Made by a program: the position numbers and the translations under genes. The notes under the pieces are model-generated. The model worked only from the letters and a program-made list of their open reading frames with translations, did not search any database and was not told where the DNA came from. From an uncultured Erysipelotrichaceae bacterium (lineage in GTDB: Bacteria > Bacillota_I > Bacilli_A > RF39 > UBA660): 26,849 nucleotides of DNA. The stretch is taken from positions 1 to 26,849 of the forward strand of contig CADBMO010000080.1 of NCBI GenBank assembly GCA_902795755.1, in the 5' to 3' direction. This document shows, one piece after another, positions 7,847 to 17,167 of the stretch. Within the stretch, counting starts at the first letter, position 1. Each line of letters opens with the position of its first letter.

Positions 7847-8732
7847 AATATTAGTAAGAAACGTTCGTGATGGATTTAAAAGTGTAGGTAGGAACCTTAG
7901 TTTATCAATCGCATCTATATCATGTATAACAATAACTCTTTTAATAGTTGCAATAGCATTAGTTGTTGCATCAAATGTAGAAAACATAACCAAAGCATTT
8001 AAAGAAGATTTTACAATTGTTGCATTTATTGATAATTCAATTGCAAAAGAGCAAGCAGCTCAAATAAAAACAAGTATTGAAGGAATTGGAAATGTAGAAA
8101 GTGTAACTTTAGTAGATAAAAAAGAAGTTGCAAATGAAATGAAGGATACATCAGATGAGCTAGCAAGTATAATTGATAGTTGGTCTGATGAAGAAAATCC
8201 GTTATATGATACACTTCAAATAAAAGTAAAAGATAGTGAAAAAATATCAAAAACCGCTAAAGACATAAAAGATATAGCAGGTGTTGTAACAGTAAAATAT
8301 GGTCAAGGAATAGTTGAAGAATTACTTACCGTATTTAAAGTTATTGAAAAAGCAATGATTGTTGCAATGATTGCATTAGTATTAGTAACGTTATTCTTAA
8401 TTGGTAACACAATTAAAATAACTATATTCTCAAGAAAACGAGAAATAGAAATAATGAGACTTGTTGGAGCTTCTAACTTTTCTATTAAACAGCCATTTGT
8501 AATAGAAGGATTTTGTTTGGGTGCCCTAGGATCATTAATACCAATTGCTGTAACATTATATGGGTACACAGCGTTATATAAACATTTTAATGGTCATTTC
8601 TTTTCACCGTTTGTTAAGTTAGTACCATCTGAACCATTTGTTTATTTGGTTGCATTAATACTATTAGCATTAGGTGTAATAGTTGGTATGTTTGGAAGTT
8701 ATAGGGCAGTAAGGAAGTATTTAAAAATATAA
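7833..8732 (+). CDS. ftsX: Cell division permease-like protein FtsX
   Basis: N-terminal TM helix, about 110-aa extracellular loop domain, and three C-terminal TM helices (FtsX fold). Follows ftsE. Confidence 0.85.
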   Translation: MKAIRILVRNVRDGFKSVGRNLSLSIASISCITITLLIVAIALVVASNVENITKAFKEDFTIVAFIDNSIAKEQAAQIKTSIEGIGNVESVTLVDKKEVANEMKDTSDELASIIDSWSDEENPLYDTLQIKVKDSEKISKTAKDIKDIAGVVTVKYGQGIVEELLTVFKVIEKAMIVAMIALVLVTLFLIGNTIKITIFSRKREIEIMRLVGASNFSIKQPFVIEGFCLGALGSLIPIAVTLYGYTALYKHFNGHFFSPFVKLVPSEPFVYLVALILLALGVIVGMFGSYRAVRKYLKI

Positions 8733-9955
8733 TGAATAAAAAGATATTATTAATTATTGTTTTATTAATAACATTTATTATTCCAACAACTTCCATTCAT
8801 GCAGAAAAAACAATTGGTCAATTAGAAAAAGAATTAAATACAAAGCAACAAAAATTAAATGCTAATAAAGAAAAGGCAAACGCAAATAAAAATAGTATTA
8901 AAAATACTAAAAATGAAATAAATGAGATATATTCTCAAATGGCTGCTATTCAAAAGCAAATAGATGATAAAACAAAAGAAAGTGCAGAATTAGAAGAAAA
9001 AATAAAAAAGAAAAACCAACAAATAAAAGATTTGATGAGATATTATGAAGTTTCATCATCAGGATCAGCAATGCTTGAATATGTTATGGGAGCTGAAAGT
9101 TTAACTGATTTAATATACAGGCTATCTATAACAGAGCAAATATCAACATATAATAAAAAATCAATTAAAGAAATGAATGATATGATCGCTGAAAATGATA
9201 GAATAAAAAAAGAATTAGCTAAAAAAAGCGAAGAGATGGGTGCGCTACAAGCAAGCTTAGAAAAGAAATTAACTTCGCTAAATGATGAAGAAAAGAATTT
9301 AGGTAGTGAGGCTAAAACATTGTCACAAGAAATAAGCGACATGCAAAACGTACTTAAAAACTTAAAAGCAAAAGGATGTAAATCAAGTGAAACACAAACT
9401 AGATGTTATGCAAGATTATATCCTAGAAAGTCATCAGGTGGTTCATCAAGTGCAGGAGCAGTTGATGTACCAAGTGGATATAGTTGGTATAGACCGCTAG
9501 TTAGTAGTTATATAACTAGTTTACCAGGATATCGTTCTTCATTTGGAAGCTTTCATATGGGAACTGATTACTCGGCATCACGTGGAACAACTGTTTATCC
9601 AGTTGCAGATGGTACGGTAGGTCATATCAAATGGGGAGGAGATTCTTGTGGTAACCAAGTATTTGTTTGGTCAACAGTAAATGGTACAAGGTATACAGAA
9701 TGGTACTGCCACTTAAATTCAATAAGTGTAAGTGTAGGTCAAACGGTTTCTAAAAACACTGTTATAGGTGCGGTAGGTAACACAGGTTCTCAATACTATA
9801 GAAATTATTCAATGCCACCACATTTACATGTTGCAATTGGTACTGGATGGTACTATCGTGATTATTATAGTGGATTTTCATCTAGAGTAAAAACTTTATC
9901 TAACTTAGCACCAGGATTATTCCCTGGAGTAGGAGTTAGATGGAATGGAAGATAG
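8732..9955 (+). CDS. Secreted coiled-coil M23 family metallopeptidase (likely FtsEX-controlled peptidoglycan hydrolase)
   Basis: Signal peptide, about 200 aa of coiled-coil-like Lys/Glu-rich sequence, and a C-terminal M23 domain with HMGTDY and PPHLHVA metal-ligand motifs. Start overlaps the ftsX stop (TAATG). Confidence 0.8.
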   Translation: MNKKILLIIVLLITFIIPTTSIHAEKTIGQLEKELNTKQQKLNANKEKANANKNSIKNTKNEINEIYSQMAAIQKQIDDKTKESAELEEKIKKKNQQIKDLMRYYEVSSSGSAMLEYVMGAESLTDLIYRLSITEQISTYNKKSIKEMNDMIAENDRIKKELAKKSEEMGALQASLEKKLTSLNDEEKNLGSEAKTLSQEISDMQNVLKNLKAKGCKSSETQTRCYARLYPRKSSGGSSSAGAVDVPSGYSWYRPLVSSYITSLPGYRSSFGSFHMGTDYSASRGTTVYPVADGTVGHIKWGGDSCGNQVFVWSTVNGTRYTEWYCHLNSISVSVGQTVSKNTVIGAVGNTGSQYYRNYSMPPHLHVAIGTGWYYRDYYSGFSSRVKTLSNLAPGLFPGVGVRWNGR

Positions 9956-9973
9956 CAAATGCTATCTTTTTTT
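9951..9973 (+). terminator. Rho-independent terminator
   Basis: GATAGC (9951-9956) / GCTATC (9961-9966), then a T7 run. Confidence 0.65.
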
Positions 9974-10019
9974 GTTTATATACTTAATTTAATGATATAA
10001 TAATATAGAGGTGTTTGAT

Positions 10020-11201
10020 ATGTATAGGAAGACATATGTTGATATTAACGTAGATAATATTGAAAATAATATAAAAGAAATAATAAACAAATATGATTAT
10101 AAGTACTATATAGGAGTTGTAAAGGGTAATGCTGCAGGGCATGGTATGAAATTATGTAAGTATATTACTAAGTTTGGCATTAATTATTTAGCAGTATCTT
10201 CATTAGAAGAAGCTTTAGAATCTAGAAAGTATACTGATGTGCCAATACTAATCTTAGAACCTATTCATATTGATGAATTAAAGATAGCTGAAAAAAATAA
10301 TATATCGGTTACAATAAGTAGTTATAATTATTATAAAAGAATTAATAAAGAAGATTATTCTAATTTAAAAATACATTTAAAAATTAACACTGGAATGAAT
10401 AGATTAGGTGTCTCAAATAAGGAAGAAATAACTGAAATATATAATGACTTAATAGATGATGAAAGAGTTAAATTAGAAGGAATATATACACATTTTGCAA
10501 CAACAGGCGTAAATGATAAATACTATGATGATCAATTAAATAAATTTGTTGAGTTAACTAGTGATATAGATTTAAATCGTGTAGAAATGGTTCATTTGGG
10601 AAGAAGTTGTACTTTGGAATTTCATCCAAAAATTTCATTTGCAAATGGTATTAGAATAGGACTTATAATGTATGGTATAGGTCAAACTTTTAATAGGTAT
10701 ATTGGATTAAAGGGTAAACTTAGAAAAATCAAATATCACTTCAAAAGAAAAATACAAAACATATCAAAGACATATGAATCTAATAATATTAATTTAAAAA
10801 CTGGAATTGAATTAAATACTGAGGTAATAGAACTACAACAATTAAAACCAGGTGATAAAGTAGGATATGGTTTAACATATACGGCAAATGCAAACACTAA
10901 AATAGCAGTATGTCCAATAGGATACGCAGATGGTTTATCACTAAGTTTTAAAAATTCTAAAGTATCAATAAATAACAAATTATACAAAATAGTAGGAACT
11001 ATTAATATGGGAATGATAACAATAGAAGTAGATAGTGATGTAAATATAGGGGATAAAGTCACTATATTTGGTGGGAATGTAAATATAAAAAATGTTGCAA
11101 GAGCTACTAATAATACTGCATATACAGTAATGACTCATATAGATAGTCAAATACCAAGAAGATATTTTGTTCATGGTAAGGAGGATAGTGATGAAGAATA
11201 A
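10020..11201 (+). CDS. alr: Alanine racemase family (PLP fold-type III) racemase, atypical
   Basis: VVKGNAAGHG (PLP lysine), NTGMNRLG, YTHFA, GLIMYGI, VGYGLTYTA (catalytic Tyr region), PIGYADG. ATG 10020 follows SD AGAGGTG; the ORF-track GTG 10011 is less likely. Confidence 0.8.
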   Translation: MYRKTYVDINVDNIENNIKEIINKYDYKYYIGVVKGNAAGHGMKLCKYITKFGINYLAVSSLEEALESRKYTDVPILILEPIHIDELKIAEKNNISVTISSYNYYKRINKEDYSNLKIHLKINTGMNRLGVSNKEEITEIYNDLIDDERVKLEGIYTHFATTGVNDKYYDDQLNKFVELTSDIDLNRVEMVHLGRSCTLEFHPKISFANGIRIGLIMYGIGQTFNRYIGLKGKLRKIKYHFKRKIQNISKTYESNNINLKTGIELNTEVIELQQLKPGDKVGYGLTYTANANTKIAVCPIGYADGLSLSFKNSKVSINNKLYKIVGTINMGMITIEVDSDVNIGDKVTIFGGNVNIKNVARATNNTAYTVMTHIDSQIPRRYFVHGKEDSDEE

Positions 11202-12417
11202 ATTTAGAGTAGTTATTTTAGGGTCTGATATAAATGCATATTACATGGCAAGGAATTTTCATGAAGAATATGGTATAAAAGCTCATTTAATGGTAAAAAC
11301 GCCAATGTTATTTACTAGTACTAGTAAAATAGTAACATCTGAAATAGTACCTGGTTTATGGGAAAAGAAACCATTTTTAGAAGCTTTAAATAACTATGCA
11401 AATAATCATAAGGGTGAGAAAATACTTTTAGTTGCATCTAATGATAATTACGTTAGATTAATAGTTGAAAATAAAAAAGAATTAGAAAAGAATTACACAT
11501 TTAATTATCCTAGCTTAAAAATAGTTAATAATTTATTAATTAAAGAAAACTTTTATGAATTTGCTAAAAAATATGATATAGATATACCTAAGACTTATAT
11601 TTATACTTGTTTAAAAGAAGAAATAAAAGAAAGCAAAATAAAATCTTTTAGGTATCCTTTAATCTTAAAGCCAAGTGATGGTATTAAATACCACGATCAT
11701 GAATTTAAGGGACAAGCTAAAGTATATAAAATAAAAGACTTTAAAGAATTAAAACAAGTAATAAAAGATATTGAAAAATCAGGATATGATGATAATCTAA
11801 TCATACAGGAATTTATCCCTGGTGATGATAGTATGCTATTTGATTCTATATTCTATTGTTCTACTGATAAAAAAGTGCAGCTAATGAGTTTTGCACAAAT
11901 AGGATTACAAGAACACACTCCTACTGGAATTGGGAACTGTACAGTTTTAGTTAATGGATTTAATGAGTTTAACAACACAGATGATATCAAAAATAAATTA
12001 ATTAAATTCTTAGAGAAAATTGGTTATCAAGGTGCAGCTGAATTTGATTTAAAATATGATATAAGAGATAAAAAGTTTAAGGTGTTTGAAATTAATCCAA
12101 GACAAGCAAGAAGTAGTTATTATTTAACTGCTTGTGGTTACAACTTGGCTAAGTATTTAGTTGATGACTTAATTTATCATAAAAAGAAAAAATTTCACTT
12201 TATAGATGAAGAAATGGTGTTATCATTTGTACCAAAAAAAGTTATTAGAGATTATATATCAAACGAAAAATTACAGAAAAAAATACAAGAATTAATTAAA
12301 CAAAAGAAATTTACAAGACCATTAAGATATAAAAAAGACTGTGGTTTAAAAAGAATGGCATGGCTATATATAAGAGATAGAAATTATATTAAAAAATATC
12401 AAGAAAATGAATGGTAA
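11191..12417 (+). CDS. ATP-grasp carboxylate-amine ligase (COG3919-like; possibly Asl-type D-amino-acid ligase)
   Basis: SD AAGGAGG 11178-11184 and ATG 11191 lie inside the 3' end of alr (11-nt overlap). ATP-grasp layout: N-terminal Rossmann-like VVILGSDINAY, central PLILKPSDG, QEFIPG, and FEINPR near the C-terminus. Confidence 0.7.
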   Translation: MKNKFRVVILGSDINAYYMARNFHEEYGIKAHLMVKTPMLFTSTSKIVTSEIVPGLWEKKPFLEALNNYANNHKGEKILLVASNDNYVRLIVENKKELEKNYTFNYPSLKIVNNLLIKENFYEFAKKYDIDIPKTYIYTCLKEEIKESKIKSFRYPLILKPSDGIKYHDHEFKGQAKVYKIKDFKELKQVIKDIEKSGYDDNLIIQEFIPGDDSMLFDSIFYCSTDKKVQLMSFAQIGLQEHTPTGIGNCTVLVNGFNEFNNTDDIKNKLIKFLEKIGYQGAAEFDLKYDIRDKKFKVFEINPRQARSSYYLTACGYNLAKYLVDDLIYHKKKKFHFIDEEMVLSFVPKKVIRDYISNEKLQKKIQELIKQKKFTRPLRYKKDCGLKRMAWLYIRDRNYIKKYQENEW

Positions 12418-12420
12418 ATA

Positions 12421-12456
12421 AAAAACTAAGATTATTTTGTTAATCTTAGTTTTATT
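12421..12456. terminator. Bidirectional terminator hairpin between convergent genes
   Basis: 12-bp stem AAACTAAGATTA (12423-12434) / TAATCTTAGTTT (12441-12452), flanked by A- and T-runs. Confidence 0.7.
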
Positions 12457-14090
12457 AATATCTTACTTAGAAACCTTAATTTCATTGGTATTTTTTCACC
12501 AATCATTTCTCCTAGAAGACCAGTTATATAACTAAAGAATAAATATATTAGCCCACCTACAATTACATATATAATTACTTCAATGATGCTGCCCTTTCGG
12601 TCCATAGCAACTAGTGGATAAAAATGCGAAAGTATTTTTAACCCACCAACCATAGCAAATGAACTAATTAGTATTTTACCAATATTTATGTATAATTCTT
12701 TAAACTTAAGACCATGTTGTCTTTTTATGTAATATAGAAGTAATAATGCTGGGCCAAGCTCGGTAATAAGCGTCGATACTACTGCACCATGATAAGCACC
12801 ATACCCTAATCTATGAACTAATATCATACAAGGTATGTTACCAATTAAGTTAAGTAAGAATGCAGAAGTTAGTGTAATTAATACTTGTTTAGTATGATTA
12901 AGTGTTTGTGCAATATTTATAACAACAGAATATATTGCAAATGATGCTGCCGTATATATAAAGAACTTAAATACTGATATACTAACAGCATTATATTTAT
13001 AAAATAGTATCCATATTGGTTTACCTAAAATTGACATCCCTATTGCCATAGGAAGGGTAACAAATGTTAAAAGTTCTATTGATAAATTAATCTTATGATT
13101 AACGCCGGATTTATTTCCCTTAATGTTATCTTTAGCAATATTTGGAATCAAACTAATAGTTAATCCCATTGAAATTGAAATAACTATCATTGCAAGTTTA
13201 GCACCCCATGTTATAAAAGTATTATATGCTGTCATGGTTTCTGTAGCATTATATCCTAGGTAGGTCATAGCGCGGTTAATTGTTAGCGCATCAACTATTC
13301 CATACGCTGATTTTAATAAATCTATTAATACAAATGGAATTGCTGTTGCAATTAATTGTTTTGCTAAAAACTTAGTATCAAGTTTTAGTTCTTCTTTTTT
13401 TCTTTCAATTCCTTTTGAACTGATTTTTAAGTGATCTTGTTTTTGTTTAATAACCAAGTATAAGTATGCTATTAATGCACCAACAGTTGCAGAAAATACT
13501 GCAGCTCCTATAGCAGCACGTTCTCCTAAATTAAACTTGTTCAAGCATAAGTAACAACCAAGCAGTAAGAACCCAACTCTTGCGCCCTGTTCAATTATGT
13601 TAGCAACCGCTGCTTCTTTAAACATTTTTTTACCTTGGAAGTATCCTTTGGTAACAGAAAGGGCTGGAACTATTAGTAAAGCTGTTGCGATTAATCTAAC
13701 CACAAACGCAGTATCAGCAATAGTAGCGCCACCCTTCATTTTTCCTATTATAAAATGAGAAAGTTGAGGTGCAAATATCATCATTAGTATGAATCCAACC
13801 AAACCTAAAATGGAAATAAGTATAAATCCTACTTTAAACATATTAACCGTGGTTTTTTTATAATCAAGTGCTTCATATTCACTTATAAGTTTACTAATAG
13901 CAGCAGGTATACCACTCGTTGATAAACTTAAAAATAAAGTATATATAGAATATGCATAACTATATAATGTTCCGCCGATTGTTGATATCATTGCATAAAA
14001 AGGTATTACGTATAAAAGTCCAATAACCTTACATACAACAATTCCCATAATGGATATGAATGAATCATTAATAAAACTATTCTTTTTCAT
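12432..14090 (-). CDS. MOP-superfamily flippase (MurJ/SpoVB/YtgP-type polysaccharide or lipid II flippase)
   Basis: 552 aa with about 14 TM helices, and size and hydrophobic pattern typical of SpoVB/YtgP-like proteins. SD AAGGTGA on the minus strand. Confidence 0.7.
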   Translation of the reverse strand: MKKNSFINDSFISIMGIVVCKVIGLLYVIPFYAMISTIGGTLYSYAYSIYTLFLSLSTSGIPAAISKLISEYEALDYKKTTVNMFKVGFILISILGLVGFILMMIFAPQLSHFIIGKMKGGATIADTAFVVRLIATALLIVPALSVTKGYFQGKKMFKEAAVANIIEQGARVGFLLLGCYLCLNKFNLGERAAIGAAVFSATVGALIAYLYLVIKQKQDHLKISSKGIERKKEELKLDTKFLAKQLIATAIPFVLIDLLKSAYGIVDALTINRAMTYLGYNATETMTAYNTFITWGAKLAMIVISISMGLTISLIPNIAKDNIKGNKSGVNHKINLSIELLTFVTLPMAIGMSILGKPIWILFYKYNAVSISVFKFFIYTAASFAIYSVVINIAQTLNHTKQVLITLTSAFLLNLIGNIPCMILVHRLGYGAYHGAVVSTLITELGPALLLLYYIKRQHGLKFKELYINIGKILISSFAMVGGLKILSHFYPLVAMDRKGSIIEVIIYVIVGGLIYLFFSYITGLLGEMIGEKIPMKLRFLSKILIKLRLTK

Positions 14091-14155
14091 GTAATCACCT
14101 TAATAAATTATAACATATTTAAAAATTATATACAATTAACTGTACCTTTACACAT

Positions 14156-14172
14156 CTATAAACAGTTTATAG
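14156..14172. promoter_or_regulatory. Perfect 8-1-8 palindrome CTATAAAC-A-GTTTATAG in a divergent promoter region (candidate operator)
   Basis: Read directly. Its 3' end overlaps the likely -35 (TAGACT 14170-14175) of a TATAAT promoter (14193-14198). Confidence 0.35.
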
Positions 14173-14221
14173 ACTATTTAATAAAAATATTTTATAATGT
14201 AGATAATAGGAGGAGAATAAA

Positions 14222-14776
14222 ATGGACGCAATAAAAAAATATGCAAAATGGATTGGATTAGGTGGATGCTTATTAGTAATAATAGGTGTATTTTTACCAT
14301 TTTTAGGTGTTTCTGTTGGAAGTTATTCTAATAATATAAGTTATATGGAAGCAAGTGGTAGAGTATTATTTATAACTCTTGCTATGGCAGAAATATTGCT
14401 TTTCTTAAAACAAGAAAAGTATGCAATAGTTCCGTCTGCAATTTCACTATTCTTTATAATATATGATATAGCAAAAAATTCTGATTACTCAGTTAAAGTG
14501 GGAGCATATATAATGATAGTAGGTATAATTATTGTTATTGTTTCATCTATTTTACCATTGTTCAAAAGTAGTGGATCAAATACAGTAAATACTGAGCAAC
14601 CTGTTGTTAATCCTGCTCCAGTAGCACAACCAATAGTTCAAGCAGTGGAACCTGCACCAGTACAACCAGCTGTTCAAGTGGCACCAGCACAACCAGTTAT
14701 TGAACCTGCCCCAGCACCTGTGCAACCAACTGCACCGACATCAGTTGTTAATAACGGACAAAATACTCAAATATAG
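14222..14776 (+). CDS. Hypothetical 4-TM membrane protein with Pro/Val/Ala/Gln-rich C-terminal tail
   Basis: SD AGGAGGAG. Four hydrophobic helices followed by the PVVNPAPVAQPIVQAVEPAPVQPAVQVAPAQPVIEPAPAPVQPTAPT tail. Confidence 0.6.
   Translation: MDAIKKYAKWIGLGGCLLVIIGVFLPFLGVSVGSYSNNISYMEASGRVLFITLAMAEILLFLKQEKYAIVPSAISLFFIIYDIAKNSDYSVKVGAYIMIVGIIIVIVSSILPLFKSSGSNTVNTEQPVVNPAPVAQPIVQAVEPAPVQPAVQVAPAQPVIEPAPAPVQPTAPTSVVNNGQNTQI
14591..14745 (+). repeat. Imperfect tandem codon repeats encoding (P/A)-(V/A)-Q-P units; locally GC-richer than surroundings
   Basis: Repeated GCACCAG(T/C)ACAACCAG-like units are visible in the DNA. Confidence 0.6.
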
Positions 14777-14778
14777 AG

Positions 14779-14803
14779 CAAGGATTTAGTTCCTTGTTTT
14801 TTT
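14779..14803 (+). terminator. Rho-independent terminator
   Basis: CAAGGA (14779-14784) / TCCTTG (14791-14796), then T7. Confidence 0.7.
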
Positions 14804-14854
14804 ATTTGACTATAAATAAAAAAAGAATTAAAATTAAAGTAGAGGAGGTACAAA

Positions 14855-15535
14855 ATGAAAAAATACATTAGTGAGTTTATTGGTACACTAGTATTGGTTT
14901 TATTTGGAACAGGAATAGCAGTTGTATCAAGAGGCGATTTAGTTGCAACATCATTAGCGTTTGGTCTTGCAATAGTTGCAACAGCATATGTAATAGGAAA
15001 TATCTCTGGATGCCATGTTAATCCAGCGGTATCACTTGCAATGCTAATATCTAAAAAAATATCAGGAAAGGATTTTTGTTTTTATGTAATTGCACAAATA
15101 CTTGGTGCAATAGCAGGAACTGCAATATTATTCTTTGTATTAAGTAACACAGACTTAGGTACTGCAGCACTTGGTGCAAATGGATATGGAGCATTATCCG
15201 CAAACAACATTAGTTTGGTTGGTGCAATTGTAACAGAAATAGTATTAACTTTTGTATTTATTTACACAATACTAGGTGTTACATCAGATGATAACAAAGC
15301 ACCAGTTGCAGGATTAGTAATTGGTCTTACACTTACATTTGTACATTTATTAGGTATTGGGCTAACTGGTACATCAGTAAACCCTGCAAGAAGTTTAGCG
15401 CCTGCTATTTTTACTGGCGGAAAGGCTTTATGCCAAGTATGGGTATTTATAGTAGCACCACTTGTTGGTGGAGCGTTAGCTGCAATAGTGTATAAATTCT
15501 TAAATACTACAAAAACAAAAAAGAAGAAGAAATAA
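14855..15535 (+). CDS. aqpZ: Aquaporin Z-type MIP channel
   Basis: Two NPA boxes (HVNPAVS, SVNPARS), six TM helices, 226 aa. SD GAGGAGG. Confidence 0.85.
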   Translation: MKKYISEFIGTLVLVLFGTGIAVVSRGDLVATSLAFGLAIVATAYVIGNISGCHVNPAVSLAMLISKKISGKDFCFYVIAQILGAIAGTAILFFVLSNTDLGTAALGANGYGALSANNISLVGAIVTEIVLTFVFIYTILGVTSDDNKAPVAGLVIGLTLTFVHLLGIGLTGTSVNPARSLAPAIFTGGKALCQVWVFIVAPLVGGALAAIVYKFLNTTKTKKKKK

Positions 15536-15550
15536 TTCTTCTTTTTATTT
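15524..15550 (+). terminator. Weak AT-rich terminator hairpin
   Basis: AAGAAGAA (15524-15531) / TTCTTCTT (15536-15543), then a T-rich tail. Confidence 0.4.
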
Positions 15551-15583
15551 ACGTTTATATTTACATCATAGCATTTATTTTTG

Positions 15584-15612
15584 TTGTAATTATGTAAGCA
15601 TATTGGTATTAT
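15584..15612 (+). promoter_or_regulatory. Sigma-A promoter with extended -10 (TTGTAA-17 nt-TGgTATTAT)
   Basis: -35 TTGTAA at 15584-15589, TG at 15604-15605, -10 TATTAT at 15607-15612. The predicted transcript start is only a few nt before ATG 15623. Confidence 0.45.
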
Positions 15613-15622
15613 TTTGATAGAG

Positions 15623-15718
15623 ATGGTACTATTTGAAAAAAGGATTATTATTACTTTCATAGGGTTAGTAGGAATAGTAACTACTATAGGTATAAAAAAA
15701 CTTAGAAAGATTTCTTAA
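15623..15718 (+). CDS. Candidate 31-aa hydrophobic peptide MVLFEKRIIITFIGLVGIVTTIGIKKLRKIS
   Basis: An ORF too short for the supplied track. It sits between its own promoter-like element and a strong terminator. One TM helix plus a basic C-terminus. No clear SD, so possibly leaderless. Confidence 0.35.
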   Translation: MVLFEKRIIITFIGLVGIVTTIGIKKLRKIS

Positions 15719-15728
15719 TGATTATATT

Positions 15729-17050
<1,322 letters not shown>

Positions 17051-17075
17051 ACAAGGAGTAATTCCTTGTTTTATA
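17051..17075 (+). terminator. Rho-independent terminator
   Basis: ACAAGGA (17051-17057) / TCCTTGT (17063-17069), then a T-rich tail. Confidence 0.65.
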
Positions 17076-17167
17076 TTTTTTATAATGATAAAATATAAAC
17101 GAGATGCATTAATATCAAAAAACAAATAAAAATACAAATAAAATGCAATAATAAAGGTGGTGATAGT

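Noticed and set aside
15262-15660. A 132-aa minus-strand ORF spanning the aqpZ 3' end and the intergenic region.
   Set aside because: It runs antisense through aqpZ, which has clear NPA motifs, and through its terminator. It has no SD. The + strand promoter/peptide/terminator unit explains the gap better.
17076-17167. Looked for LexA/DinR (Cheo box, GAAC-N4-GTTC) SOS operators upstream of uvrB, and upstream of uvrA at 21909-21988.
   Set aside because: No GAAC...GTTC-like element is present in either promoter region. Absence by eye is not proof of SOS independence, so no claim is made.
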